Below, piece by piece: positions 1 to 14,502 of a stretch of DNA of 64,000 nucleotides (its first letter is position 1; the number at the start of each line of letters is the position of its first letter). The stretch is from Nemertoderma westbladi (lineage: Eukaryota; Animalia; Xenacoelomorpha), in the NCBI GenBank assembly GCA_032718475.1, contig JAUCBJ010006959.1, positions 26,140 through 90,139 of the forward strand. The letters run 5' to 3'. The notes under the pieces were generated by a model. That model was given only the letters and a program-made list of their open reading frames with translations, was not told where the DNA came from and did no database searches. Position numbers and translations under genes: made by a program.

Positions 1-2061
1 TCTTTTGACCTGGTAACTTGTGGTGGAAGCCATGGTTGGTAAATCTGGTAATCAATTACATGTCAGTTTCTTTTGACCTGGTAACTTTGTGGTGGTAGCC
101 ACGGCTGGTAAATCTGGTAACCAATCACATGTCATTTACTTTTAACCTGGTAACTTGTGGTGGAAGCCATGGTTGGTAAATCTGGTAATCAATTACATGT
201 CAGTTTCTTTTGACCTGGTAACTTTGTGGTGGAAGCCATGGCTGGTAAATCTGGTAACCAATCACATGTCATTTACTTTTAACCTGGTAACTTGTGGTGG
301 AAGCCATGGTTGGTAAATCTGGTAATCAATCACATCACATGTCATTTTCGATTTTCTTTTGACCTGGTAACTTTGTGGTGGAAGCCATGGCTGGTAAATC
401 TGGTAACCAATCACATGTCATTTACTTTTAACCTGGTAACTTGTGGTGGAAGCCATGGTTGGTAAATCTGGTAATCAATCACATCACATGTCATTTTCGA
501 TTTTCTTTTGACCTGGTAACTTTGTGGTGGAAGCCATGGCTGGTAAATCTGGTAATCAATCACATCACATGTCATTTTCGATTTTCTTTTGACCTGGTAA
601 CTTTGTGGTGGAAGCCATGGTTGGTAAATCTGGTAACCAATCACATGTAATATACTTTTAACCTGGTAACTTGTGGTGGAAGCCATGGTTGGTAAATCTG
701 GTAATCAATTACATGTCAGTTTCTTTTGACCTGGTAACTTTGTGGTGGAAGCCATGGCTGGTAAATCTGGTAACCAATCACATGTCATTTAATTTTAACC
801 TGGTAACTTGTGGTGGAAGCCATGGTTGGTAAATCTGGTAATCAATTACATGTCAGTTTCTTTTGACCTGGTAACTTTGTGTTGGTAGCCACGGCTGGTA
901 AATCTGGTAACCAATCACATGTCATTTACTTTTAACCTGGTAACTTGTGGTGGAAGCCATGGTTGGTAAATCTGGTAATCAATTACATGGTCAGTTTCTT
1001 TTGACCTGGTAACTTTGTGGTGGAAGCCATGGCTGGTAAATCTGGTAACCAATCACATGTCATTTACTTTTAACCTGGTAACTTGTGGTGGAAGCCATGG
1101 TTGGTAAATCTGGTAATCAATCACATCACATGTCATTTTCGATTTTCTTTTGACCTGGTAACTTTGTGGTGGAAGCCATAGTTGGTAAATCTGGTAATCA
1201 ATTACATGTCAGTTTCTTTTGACCTGGTAACTTTGTGGTGGTAGCCACGGCTGGTAAATCTGGTAACCAATCACATGTCATTTACTTTTAACCTGGTAAC
1301 TTGTGGTGGATGCCATGGTTGGTAAATCTGGTAATCAATTACATGTCAGTTTCTTTTGACCTGGTAACTTTGTGGTGGAAGCCATGGCTGGTAAATCTGG
1401 TAACCAATCACATGTCATTTACTTTTAACCTGGTAACTTGTGGTGGAAGCCATGGTTGGTAAATCTGGTAATCAATCACATCACATGTCATTTTCGATTT
1501 TCTTTTGACCTGGTAACTTTGTGGTGGAAGCCATAGTTGGTAAATCTGGTAATCAATTACATGTCAGTTTCTTTTGACCTGGTAACTTTGTGGTGGTAGC
1601 CACGGCTGGTAAATCTGGTAACCAATCACATGTCATTTACTTTTAACCTGGTAACTTGTGGTGGAAACTATGGTTGGTAAATCTGGTAATCAATCACATC
1701 ACATGTCATTTTCGATTTTCTTTTGACCTGGTAACTTTGTGGTGGAAGCCATTGTTGGTAAATCTGGTAATCAATCACATGTCATTTTCTTTTGACCTGG
1801 TTACTTTGTGGTGGAAGCCATGGTTGGTAAATCTGGTAATCAATCACATGTCATTTTCTTTTGACCTGGTTACTTTGTGGTGGAAGCCATTGTTGGTAAA
1901 TCTGGTAATCAATCACATGTCATTTTCTTTTGACCTGGTAACTTTGTGGTGGAAGCCATTGTTGGTAAATCTGGTAATCAATCACATGTCATTTTCTTTT
2001 GACCTGGTTACTTTGTGGTGGAAGCCATGGTTGGTAAATCTGGTAATCAATCACATGTCAT

Positions 2062-2219
2062 GTTTGATCGATTATGCGGGGACTGGTATGGTATAATACA
2101 TAATTATTGCTCATTGTAACTGTGTAATGGAGTTGTTACCATCTGTACTGCATGCAATATGCTATTGATCATTTAGTGCGTTTTTGCGAAAATTATAATA
2201 TACATATCGGTAAAAAAAA
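2062..2219 (+). mobile_element. Short retrotransposed insertion (poly-A tail, ~13-bp TSD) in the satellite, copy 1
   Basis: About 158 bp of non-satellite sequence ending in an A-run, flanked by AATCACATGTCAT at 2049-2061 and 2220-2232. Confidence 0.85.
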
Positions 2220-5200
2220 AATCACATGTCATTTTCATTTGACCTGGTAACTTTGTGGTGGATAAGCCATTGTTGGTAAATCTGGTAATCAATCACATCA
2301 CATGTCATTTTCGATTTTCTTTTGACCTGGTAACTTTGTGGTGGAAGCCATGGTTGGTAAATCTGGTAATCAATTACATGTCAGTTTCTTTTGACCTGGT
2401 AACTTTGTGGTGGTAGCCACGGCTGGTAAATCTGGTAACCAATCACATGTCATTTACTTTTAACCTGGTAACTTGTGGTGGAAACCATGGTTGGTAAATC
2501 TGGTAATCAATCACATCACATGTCATTTTCGATTTTCTTTTGACCTGGTAACTCTGTGGTGGAAGCCATGGTTGGTAAATCTGGTAATCAATCACATCAC
2601 ATGTCATTTTCTTTTGACCGGGTAACTTTGTGGTGGAAGCCATGGTTGGTAAATCTGGTAATCAATCACATGTCCTATTCCTTTGACCTGGTAACTTTAT
2701 GGTGGAAGCCATGGTTGGTAAATCTGGTAATCAATCACATGTCATTTTCTTTTGACCTGGTAACTTTGTGGTGGAAACCATGGTTGGTAAATCTGGTAAT
2801 CAATCACATGTCCTACAGTATTCCTTACCTTTGACCTGGTAACTTTATGGTGGAAGCCATGGTTGGTAAATCTGGTAATCAATCACATCACATGTCATTT
2901 ACTTTTAACCTGGTAACTTTGTGGTGGAAGCCATGGTTGGTAAATCTGGTAATCAATCACATGTCCTACAGTATTCCTTTGACCTGGTAACTTTATGGTG
3001 GAAGCCATGGTTGGTAAATCTGGTAATCAATCACATGTCATTTTCTTTTGACCTGGTAACTTTGTGGTGGAAACCATGGTTGGTAAATCTGGTAATCAAT
3101 CACATCACATGTCATTTTCTTTTGACCTGGTAACTTTGTGGTGGAAGCCATGGTTGGTAAATCTGGTAATCAATCACATGTCATTTTCATTTGACCTGGT
3201 AACTTTGTAGTGGAAGCCATGGTTGGTAAATCTGGTAATCAATCACATGTCATTTACTTTTAAACTGGTAACTTTGTGATGGGAGCCATGGATGGTAAAT
3301 CTGGTAACCAATCTCATCACATGTGGTTTTCTTTTGACCTGGTAACTTTGTGGTGGAAGCCATGGTTGGTAAATCTGGTAATCAATCACATGTCCTATTC
3401 CTTTGACCTGGTAACTTTGTGGTGGAAGCCATGGTTGATAAATCTGGTAATCAATCACATGTCATTTACTTTTAAACTGGTAACTTTGTGATGGGAGCCA
3501 TGGATGGTAAATCTGGTAATCAATCACATGTCATTTTCATTTGACCTGGTAACTTTGTGGTGGAAGCCATGGTTGGTAAATCTGGTAATCAATCACATGT
3601 CATTTACTTTTAAACTGGTAACTTTGTGATGGGAGCCATGGATGGTAAATCTGGTAATCAATCACATCACATGTGGTTTTCTTTTGACCTGGTAACTTTG
3701 TGGTGGAAGCCATGGTTGGTAAATCTGGTAATCAATCACATGTCCTATTCCTTTGACCTGGTAACTTTGTGGTGGAAGAAATTGTTGGTAAATCTGGTAA
3801 TCAATCACATGTCATTTTCTTTTGACCTGGTAACTTTGTGGTGGAAGCCATGGTTGGTAAATCTGCTAATCAATCACATGTCCTATTCCTTTGACCTGGT
3901 AACTTTGTGGTGGAAGCCATGGTTGATAAATCTGGTAATCAATCACATGTCAATTTCTTTTGACCTGGTAACTTGTGGTGGAAGCCATGGTTGGTAAATC
4001 TGGTAATCAATCACATGTCATTTTCTTTTGACCTGGTAACCTTGTGGTGGAAACCATGGTTGATAAATCTGGTAATCAATCACATGTCATTTTCTTTTGA
4101 CCTGGTAACTTTGTGATGGGAGCCATGGATGGTAAATCTGGTAATCAATCACATGTCCTACAGTATTCCTTTGACCTGGTAACTTTGTGGTGGAAGCCAT
4201 TGTTGGTAAATCTGGTAATCAATCACATGCCATTTACTTTTAACCTGGTGACTTTGTGGTGGAAGCCATGGTTGGTAAATCTGGTAATCAATCACATGTC
4301 AATTTCTTTTGACCTGGTAACTTTGTGGTGGAAACCATGGTTGGTAAATCTGGTAATCAATCACATCACATGTCATTTACTTTTAACCTGGTAACTTTGT
4401 GGTGGAAGCCATGGTTGGTAAATCAGTAATCAATCACATGTCCTACAGTATTCCTTTGACCTGGTAACTTTATGGTGGAAGCCATGGTTGGTAAATCTGG
4501 TAATCAATCAAATGTCATTTTCTTTTGACCTGGTAACTTTGTGGTGGAAACCATGGTTGGTAAATCTGGTAATCAATCACATCACATGTCATTTTCTTTT
4601 GACCTGGTAACTTTGTGGTGGAAGCCATGGTTGGTAAATCTGGTAATCAATTACATGTCATTTACTTTTAAACTGGTAACTTTGTGATGGGAGCCATGGA
4701 TGGTAAATCTGGTAATCAATCACATCACATGTGGTTTTCTTTTGACCTGGTAACTTTGTGGTGGAAGCCATGGTTGGTAAATCTGGTAATCAATTACATG
4801 TCATTTTCATTTGACCTGGTAACTTTGTGGTGGAAGCCATGGTTGGTAAATCTGGTATCAATCACATGTCATTTACTTTTAAACTGGTAACTTTGTGATG
4901 GGAGCCATGGATGGTAAATCTGGTAATCAATCACATCACATGTGGTTTTATTTTGACCTGGTAACTTTGTGGGGGAAGCCATGGTTGGTAAATCTGGTAA
5001 TCAATCACATGTCCTATTCCTTTGACCTGGTAACTTTGTGGTGGAAGCCGTGGTTGGTAAATCTGGTAATCAATCGATTGTCCTACAGTATTCCTTTGGA
5101 CTGGTAACTTTGTGGTGGAAGCAATAATGGGTAAATCTGCTAATCAATCACATGTCCTATTGCTTTGACCTGGTAACTTTGTGGTGGAAGCCATGGTTGG

Positions 5201-5513
5201 TAAATCTGGTAATCAATCACATGTCAATTTCTTTTGACCTGGTAACTTGTGGTGGAAGCCATGGTTGGTAAATCTGGTAATCAATCACATGTCATTTACT
5301 TTTAACCTGGTAACTTGTGGTGGAAACCATGGTTGGTAAATCTGGTAATCAATCACATCACATGTCATTTTCGATTTTCTTTTGACCTGGTAACTTTGTG
5401 GTGGAAGCCATTGTTGGTAAATCTGGTAATCAATCACATGTCATTTTCTTTTGACCTGGTAACTTTGTGGTGGAAGCCATGGTTGGTAAATCTGGTAATC
5501 AATCACATGTCAT

Positions 5514-5671
5514 GTTTGATCGATTATGCGGGGACTGGTATGGTATATTACATAATTATTGCTCATTGTAACTGTGTAATGGAGTTGTTACCATCTGTAC
5601 TGCATGCAATATGCTATTGATCATTTAGTGCGTTTTTGCGAAAATTATAATATACATATCGGTAAAAAAAA
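5514..5671 (+). mobile_element. Same retrotransposed insertion, copy 2 (duplicated with the surrounding satellite block)
   Basis: Near-identical to 2062-2219 with the same TSD (5501-5513, 5672-5684), 3452 bp downstream. Confidence 0.85.
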
Positions 5672-8600
5672 AATCACATGTCATTTTCATTTGACCTGGT
5701 AACTTTGTGGTGGATAAGCCATTGTTGGTAAATCTGGTAATCAATCACATCACATGTCATTTTCGATTTTCTTTTGACCTGGTAACTTTGTGGTGGAAGC
5801 CATGGTTGGTAAATCTGGTAATCAATTACATGTCAGTTTCTTTTGACCTGGTAACTTTGTGGTGGTAGCCACGGCTGGTAAATCTGGTAACCAATCACAT
5901 GTCATTTACTTTTAACCTGGTAACTTGTGGTGGAAACCATGGTTGGTAAATCTGGTAATCAATCACATCACATGTCATTTTCGATTTTCTTTTGACCTGG
6001 TAACTCTGTGGTGGAAGCCATGGTTGGTAAATCTGGTAATCAATCACATCACATGTCATTTTCTTTTGACCGGGTAACTTTGTGGTGGAAGCCATGGTTG
6101 GTAAATCTGGTAATCAATCACATGTCCTATTCCTTTGACCTGGTAACTTTATGGTGGAAGCCATGGTTGGTAAATCTGGTAATCAATCACATGTCATTTT
6201 CTTTTGACCTGGTAACTTTGTGGTGGAAACCATGGTTGGTAAATCTGGTAATCAATCACATGTCCTACAGTATTCCTTTGACCTGGTAACTTTATGGTGG
6301 AAGCCATGGTTGGTAAATCTGGTAATCAATCACATCACATGTCATTTACTTTTAACCTGGTAACTTTGTGGTGGAAGCCATGGTTGGTAAATCTGGTAAT
6401 CAATCACATGACCTACAGTATTCCTTTGACCTGGTAACTTTATGGTGGAAGCCATGGTTGGTAAATCTGGTAATCAATCACATGTCATTTTCTTTTGACC
6501 TGGTAACTTTGTGGTGGAAACCATGGTTGGTAAATCTGGTAATCAATCACATCACATGTCATTTTCTTTTGACCTGGTAACTTTGTGGTGGAAGCCATGG
6601 TTGGTAAATCTGGTAATCAATCACATGTCATTTTCATTTGACCTGGTAACTTTGTAGTGGAAGCCATGGTTGGTAAATCTGGTAATCAATCACATGTCAT
6701 TTACTTTTAAACTGGTAACTTTGTGATGGGAGCCATGGATGGTAAATCTGGTAACCAATCTCATCACATGTGGTTTTCTTTTGACCTGGTAACTTTGTGG
6801 TGGAAGCCATGGTTGGTAAATCTGGTAATCAATCACATGTCCTATTCCTTTGACCTGGTAACTTTGTGGTGGAAGCCATGGTTGATAAATCTGGTAATCA
6901 ATCACATGTCATTTACTTTTAAACTGGTAACTTTGTGATGGGAGCCATGGATGGTAAATCTGGTAATCAATCACATGTCATTTTCATTTGACCTGGTAAC
7001 TTTGTGGTGGAAGCCATGGTTGGTAAATCTGGTAATCAATCACATGTCATTTACTTTTAAACTGGTAACTTTGTGATGGGAGCCATGGATGGTAAATCTG
7101 GTAATCAATCACATCACATGTGGTTTTCTTTTGACCTGGTAACTTTGTGGTGGAAGCCATGGTTGGTAAATCTGGTAATCAATCACATGTCCTATTCCTT
7201 TGACCTGGTAACTTTGTGGTGGAAGAAATTGTTGGTAAATCTGGTAATCAATCACATGTCATTTTCTTTTGACCTGGTAACTTTGTGGTGGAAGCCATGG
7301 TTGGTAAATCTGCTAATCAATCACATGTCCTATTCCTTTGACCTGGTAACTTTGTGGTGGAAGCCATGGTTGATAAATCTGGTAATCAATCACATGTCAA
7401 TTTCTTTTGACCTGGTAACTTGTGGTGGAAGCCATGGTTGGTAAATCTGGTAATCAATCACATGTCATTTTCTTTTGACCTGGTAACTTTGTGGTGGAAA
7501 CCATGGTTGATAAATCTGGTAATCAATCACATGTCATTTTCTTTTGACCTGGTAACTTTGTGATGGGAGCCATGGATGGTAAATCTGGTAATCAATCACA
7601 TGTCCTACAGTATTCCTTTGACCTGGTAACTTTGTGGTGGAAGCCATTGTTGGTAAATCTGGTAATCAATCACATGCCATTTACTTTTAACCTGGTAACT
7701 TTGTGGTGGAAGCCATGGTTGGTAAATCTGGTAATCAATCACATGTCAATTTCTTTTGACCTGGTAACTTTGTGGTGGAAACCATGGTTGGTAAATCTGG
7801 TAATCAATCACATCACATGTCATTTACTTTTAACCTGGTAACTTTGTGGTGGAAGCCATGGTTGGTAAATCAGTAATCAATCACATGTCCTACAGTATTC
7901 CTTTGACCTGGTAACTTTATGGTGGAAGCCATGGTTGGTAAATCTGGTAATCAATCAAATGTCATTTTCTTTTGACCTGGTAAATTTGTGGTGGAAACCA
8001 TGGTTGGTAAATCTGGTAATCAATCACATCACATGTCATTTACTTTTAACCTGGTAACTTTGTGGTGGAAGCCATGGTTGGTAAATCAGTAATCAATCAC
8101 ATGTCCTACAGTATTCCTTTGACCTTGTAACTTTATGGTGGAAGCCATGGTTGGTAAATCTGGTAATCAATCAAATGTCATTTTCTTTTGACCTGGTAAA
8201 TTTGTGGTGGAAACCATGGTTGGTAAATCTGGTAATCAATCACATCACATGTCATTTTCTTTTGACCTGGTAACTTTGTGGTGGAAGCCATGGTTGGTAA
8301 ATCTGGTAATCAATTACATGTCATTTACTTTTAAACTGGTAACTTTGTGATGGGAGCCATGGATGGTAAATCTGGTAATCAATCACATCACATGTGGTTT
8401 TCTTTTGACCTGGTAACTTTGTGGTGGAAGCCATGGTTGGTAAATCTGGTAATCAATTACATGTCATTTTCATTTGACCTGGTAACTTTGTGGTGGAAGC
8501 CATGGTTGGTAAATCTGGTATCAATCACATGTCATTTACTTTTAAACTGGTAACTTTGTGATGGGAGCCATGGATGGTAAATCTGGTAATCAATCACATC

Positions 8601-11600
8601 ACATGTGGTTTTCTTTTGACCTGGTAACTTTGTGGTGGAAGCCATGGTTGGTAAATCTGGTAATCAATCACATGTCCTATTCCTTTGACCTGGTAACTTT
8701 GTGGTGGAAGCCGTGGTTGGTAAATCTGGTAATCAATCGATTGTCCTACAGTATTCCTTTGGACTGGTAACTTTGTGGTGGAAGCAATAATGGGTAAATC
8801 TGCTAATCAATCACATGTCCTATTCCTTTGACCTGGTAACTTTGTGGTGGAAGCCATGGTTGGTAAATCTGGTAATCAATCATATGTCCTACAGTATTGC
8901 TTTGACCTGGTAACTTTGTGGTGGAAGCCATGGTTGGTAAATCTGGTAATCAATCACATGTCAATTTCTTTTGACCTGGTAACTTGTGGTGGAAGCCATG
9001 GTTGGTAAATCTGGTAATCAATCACATGTCATTTACTTTTAACCTGGTAACTTTGTGGTGGAAGCCATGGTTGGTAAATCTGGTAATCAATCACATGTCC
9101 TATTCCTTTGACCTGATAACTTTGTGGTGGAAGCCATGGTTGGTAAATCTGGTAATCAATCACATGTCATTTTCTTTTGACCTGGTAACTTTGTGGTGGA
9201 AACCATGGTTGGTAAATCTGGTAATCAATCACATGTCATTTACTTCTAACCTGGTAACTTTGTGGTGGAAGCCATGGTTGGTAAAACTGGTAATCAATCA
9301 CATGTCAATTTCATTTGACCTGGTAACTTTGTGGTGGAAGCCATGGTTGGTAAATCTGGTAATCAATCACATGTCATTTACTTTTGACCTGGTAACTTTG
9401 TGGTGGAAGCCATGTGTTGGTAAATCTGGTAATCAATCACATGTCCTATTCCTTTGACCTGGTAACTTTGTGGTGGAAGAAATTGTTGGTAAATCTGGTA
9501 ATCAATCACATGTCATTTTCTTTTGACCTGGTAACTTTGTGGTGGAAGCCATGGTTGGTAAATCTGCTAATCAATCACATGTCATATTCCTTTTGACCTG
9601 GTAACTTGTGGTGGAAGCCATGGTTGGTAAATCTGGTAATCAATCACATGTCATTTTCTTTTGACCTGGTAACTTTGTGGTGGAAACCATGGTTGATAAA
9701 TCTGGTAATCAATCACATGTCATTTTCTTTTGACCTGGTAACTTTGTGATGGGAGCCATGGATGGTAAATCTGGTAATCAATCACATGTCCTACAGTATT
9801 CCTTTGACCTGGTAACTTTGTGGTGGAAGCCATTGTTGGTAAATCTGGTAATCAATCACATGCCATTTACTTTTAACCTGGTAACTTTGTGGTGGAAGCC
9901 ATGGTTGGTAAATCTGGTAATCAATCACATGTCAATTTCTTTTGACCTGGTAACTTTGTGGTGGAAACCATGGTTGGTAAATCTGGTAATCAATCACATC
10001 ACATGTCATTTACTTTTAACCTGGTAACTTTGTGGTGGAAGCCATGGTTGGTAAATCAGTAATCAATCACATGTCCTACAGTATTCCTTTGACCTGGTAA
10101 CTTTATGGTGGAAGCCATGGTTGGTAAATCTGGTAATCAATCAAATGTCATTTTCTTTTGACCTGGTAACTTTGTGGTGGAAACCATGGTTGGTAAATCT
10201 GGTAATCAATCACATCACATGTCATTTTCTTTTGACCTGGTAACTTTGTGGTGGAAGCCATGGTTGGTAAATCTGGTAATCAATTACATGTCATTTTCAT
10301 TTGACCTGGTAACTTTGTGGTGGAAGCCATGGTTGGTAAATCTGGTATCAATCACATGTCATTTACTTTTAAACTGGTAACTTTGTGATGGGAGCCATGG
10401 ATGGTAAATCTGGTAATCAATCACATCACATGTGGTTTTCTTTTGACCTGGTAACTTTGTGGTGGAAGCCATGGTTGGTAAATCTGGTAATCAATCACAT
10501 GTCCTATTCCTTTGACCTGGTAACTTTGTGGTGGAAGCCGTGGTTGGTAAATCTGGTAATCAATCGATTGTCCTACAGTATTCCTTTGGACTGGTAACTT
10601 TGTGGTGGAAGCAATAATGGGTAAATCTGCTAATCAATCACATGTCCTATTCCTTTGACCTGGTAACTTTGTGGTGGAAGCCATGGTTGGTAAATCTGGT
10701 AATCAATCATATGTCCTACAGTATTGCTTTGACCTGGTAACTTTGTGGTGGAAGCCATGGTTGGTAAATCTGGTAATCAATCACATGTCAATTTCTTTTG
10801 ACCTGGTAACTTGTGGTGGAAGCCATGGTTGGTAAATCTGGTAATCAATCACATGTCATTTACTTTTAACCTGGTAACTTTGTGGTGGAAGCCATGGTTG
10901 GTAAATCTGGTAATCAATCACATGTCCTATTCCTTTGACCTGATAACTTTGTGGTGGAAGCCATGGTTGGTAAATCTGGTAATCAATCACATGTCATTTT
11001 CTTTTGACCTGGTAACTTTGTGGTGGAAACCATGGTTGGTAAATCTGGTAATCAATCACATGTCATTTACTTCTAACCTGGTAACTTTGTGGTGGAAGCC
11101 ATGGTTGGTAAAACTGGTAATCAATCACATGTCAATTTCATTTGACCTGGTAACTTTGTGGTGGAAGCCATGGTTGGTAAATCTGGTAATCAATCACATG
11201 TCATTTACTTTTGACCTGGTAACTTTGTGGTGGAAGCCATGGTTGGTAAATCTGGTAATCAATCACATGTCCTATTCCTTTGACCTGGTAACTTTGTGGT
11301 GGAAGAAATTGTTGGTAAATCTGGTAATCAATCACATGTCATTTTCTTTTGACCTGGTAACTTTGTGGTGGAAGCCATGGTTGGTAAATCTGCTAATCAA
11401 TCACATGTCAATTTCTTTTGACCTGGTAACTTGTGGTGGAAGCCATGGTTGGTAAATCTGGTAATCAATCACATGTCATTTTCTTTTGACCTGGTAACTT
11501 TGTGGTGGAAACCATGGTTGATAAATCTGGTAATCAATCACATGTCATTTTCTTTTGACCTGGTAACTTTGTGATGGGAGCCATGGATGGTAAATCTGGT

Positions 11601-13756
11601 AATCAATCACATGTCCTACAGTATTCCTTTGACCTGGTAACTTTGTGGTGGAAGCCATTGTTGGTAAATCTGGTAATCAATCACATGCCATTTACTTTTA
11701 ACCTGGTAACTTTGTGGTGGAAGCCATGGTTGGTAAATCTGGTAATCAATCACATGTCAATTTCTTTTGACCTGGTAACTTTGTGGTGGAAACCATGGTT
11801 GGTAAATCTGGTAATCAATCACATCACATGTCATTTACTTTTAACCTGGTAACTTTGTGGTGGAAGCCATGGTTGGTAAATCAGTAATCAATCACATGTC
11901 CTACAGTATTCCTTTGACCTGGTAACTTTATGGTGGAAGCCATGGTTGGTAAATCTGGTAATCAATCAAATGTCATTTTCTTTTGACCTGGTAACTTTGT
12001 GGTGGAAACCATGGTTGGTAAATCTGGTAATCAATCACATCACATGTCATTTTCTTTTGACCTGGTAACTTTGTGGTGGAAGCCATGGTTGGTAAATCTG
12101 GTAATCAATTACATGTCATTTTCATTTGACCTGGTAACTTTGTGGTGGAAGCCATGGTTGGTAAATCTGGTATCAATCACATGTCATTTACTTTTAAACT
12201 GGTAACTTTGTGATGGGAGCCATGGATGGTAAATCTGGTAATCAATCACATCACATGTGGTTTTCTTTTGACCTGGTAACTTTGTGGTGGAAGCCATGGT
12301 TGGTAAATCTGGTAATCAATCACATGTCCTATTCCTTTGACCTGGTAACTTTGTGGTGGAAGCCGTGGTTGGTAAATCTGGTAATCAATCGATTGTCCTA
12401 CAGTATTCCTTTGGACTGGTAACTTTGTGGTGGAAGCAATAATGGGTAAATCTGCTAATCAATCACATGTCCTATTCCTTTGACCTGGTAACTTTGTGGT
12501 GGAAGCCATGGTTGGTAAATCTGGTAATCAATCATATGTCCTACAGTATTGCTTTGACCTGGTAACTTTGTGGTGGAAGCCATGGTTGGTAAATCTGGTA
12601 ATCAATCACATGTCAATTTCTTTTGACCTGGTAACTTGTGGTGGAAGCCATGGTTGGTAAATCTGGTAATCAATCACATGTCATTTACTTTTAACCTGGT
12701 AACTTTGTGGTGGAAGCCATGGTTGGTAAATCTGGTAATCAATCACATGTCCTATTCCTTTGACCTGATAACTTTGTGGTGGAAGCCATGGTTGGTAAAT
12801 CTGGTAATCAATCACATGTCATTTTCTTTTGACCTGGTAACTTTGTGGTGGAAACCATGGTTGGTAAATCTGGTAATCAATCACATGTCATTTACTTCTA
12901 ACCTGGTAACTTTGTGGTGGAAGCCATGGTTGGTAAAACTGGTAATCAATCACATGTCAATTTCATTTGACCTGGTAACTTTGTGGTGGAAGCCATGGTT
13001 GGTAAATCTGGTAATCAATCACATGTCGTATTCCTTTGACCTGGTAACTTTGTGGTGGAAGCCATGGTTGGTAAATCTGGTAATCAATCACATGTCATTT
13101 ACTTTTAACCTGGTACAGTAACTTCCAATAACTTGAAGTGATGGACGGTGCGTAGCGATGATTTTAAATCGAATCTCCCGTAATCAATACAGATTGGAAT
13201 ACAGTACCGGTATTTCTGATGGAAATACAGCTGAATACATATATTTATCAATGTCCTCATCATGAATTTAATTAATTGGAGTGTCAAAAGACGCGCAAGA
13301 CTCTCCGCTTTCAATTGATAAGCCACGTGTGAAATGATTGAGATTTAATGTGTATTTGAATCGATCGAAAATCTCTCTCCATATAAACCAAAATAAAAAA
13401 TTATCAGGTCACTGCGAAATGACGTCAAATATGTAGCAGCCAAACACAGCCGATTTTCAAAATTGGGCTCCCGCGCTTACTTAAACCGGCCATTTCGACC
13501 TATTCCTCGTGTTTTTACAAAAAACACACCCCGCCACTCGATTCAGGACACCTTTCTACCCCTTATTCAATTGTTTCTAGTCCAAAAATTTTTTCGCGCA
13601 CCAACCACCAAAACCCTTTTCATTTATTTAAATATTACCATCTGATAATAAGGTAACCAAGGCGTCCTAAACGCTAGGCCGTGCAGCTTAAATTTCTAGT
13701 TAACTTCCTAACTCGAGGATGGAAAATTCAACTGTGAATGTCACCGGAAAAAGATC

Positions 13757-13920
13757 GCACCCCCCCCCCCCCCCCCCTAACTTAATGTTTCCGCCGGTGA
13801 CCTGGGCACGCAAGCACCCCCCCCCCCCCTAACTTAATGTTTCCGCCGGTGACCTGGGCACGCAAGCACCCCCCCCCCCCCCCCTAACTTAATGTTTCCG
13901 CCGGTGACCTGGGCACGCAA
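13757..13920. repeat. Three tandem copies of a ~55-bp unit containing a poly-C tract
   Basis: GCAC(C)nTAACTTAATGTTTCCGCCGGTGACCTGGGCACGCAA x3. Confidence 0.9.
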
Positions 13921-14468
13921 CTTTTTATGTCGATAACAGATAAGAAAAGGAAAATTAAACGGATTCCATGATACTGTATTTTAAAGGCCAACAAAAACCA
14001 ATACCCAATGTATAAATAAACTAATTAGTTAGGCCTACATCGGTATACAAAAACTATTACTTATAATTACTGTTTAGATATTCTAGAACGATAAAAGATA
14101 TCTTAAGTTTTGCTAGCGATATAAAGCTACCCTAAAATACTGAATCTGTCATTACCAAGGCGTATTAAAGCGCTAAAATAACCAAGCGTATTGGTCTTGG
14201 TCATTACCGATTGATCGATTATATTATGTACCGGTAACTAAAACAACACACCTACTGCTTACGAATTTGTACTTTACAGTCAGTATACTGTATTTTCGCT
14301 TGTCATGCCATCGTTATCTTAGAAGAATGAGTTACATTATAGGCCCTCGTGCCGCAAACAACAGAAGCGACTACCATAGGCTATTATAGGCCGGCATACC
14401 TTAGAGGAATATAACAAACAATAATACTACTATACTACATTATGTCAAGGCCACGATCGCTTTCTACA

Positions 14469-14502
14469 ATGGGTATCTTGAAATTCAAAGTGTTGTTGAT
14501 CG
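14469..14502 (+). CDS. Rab-family GTPase, coding exon 1 (MGILKFKVLLI-G)
   Basis: ATG plus the typical Rab beta-1 strand FKVLLIG, ending at a phase-1 GT donor (G|GTAATG). The phase matches the acceptor at 42501. Confidence 0.8.

Larger units (their letters stand above)
1..13124. repeat. Satellite array of ~69-bp monomers with higher-order repeats (runs off the window start)
   Basis: Consensus CACATGTCATTTTCTTTTGACCTGGTAACTTTGTGGTGGAAGCCATGGTTGGTAAATCTGGTAATCAAT repeated head-to-tail, with 68/74/80-bp variants. Identical ORF-track peptides recur at ~3450-bp and ~1825-bp spacing. Confidence 0.98.

Noticed and set aside
411-13121. Dozens of ORFs with repeating WWKPWLVNLVINHMSFSFDLVTL peptides
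   Set aside because: Artefact of a 69-bp (23-codon) monomer with a stop-free frame. The frame is broken repeatedly by 68/74/80-bp variants.
13105-13326. 73-aa minus-strand ORF ending at the satellite edge
   Set aside because: GTG start, no recognisable motif, and its end is satellite sequence plus a footprint insertion.
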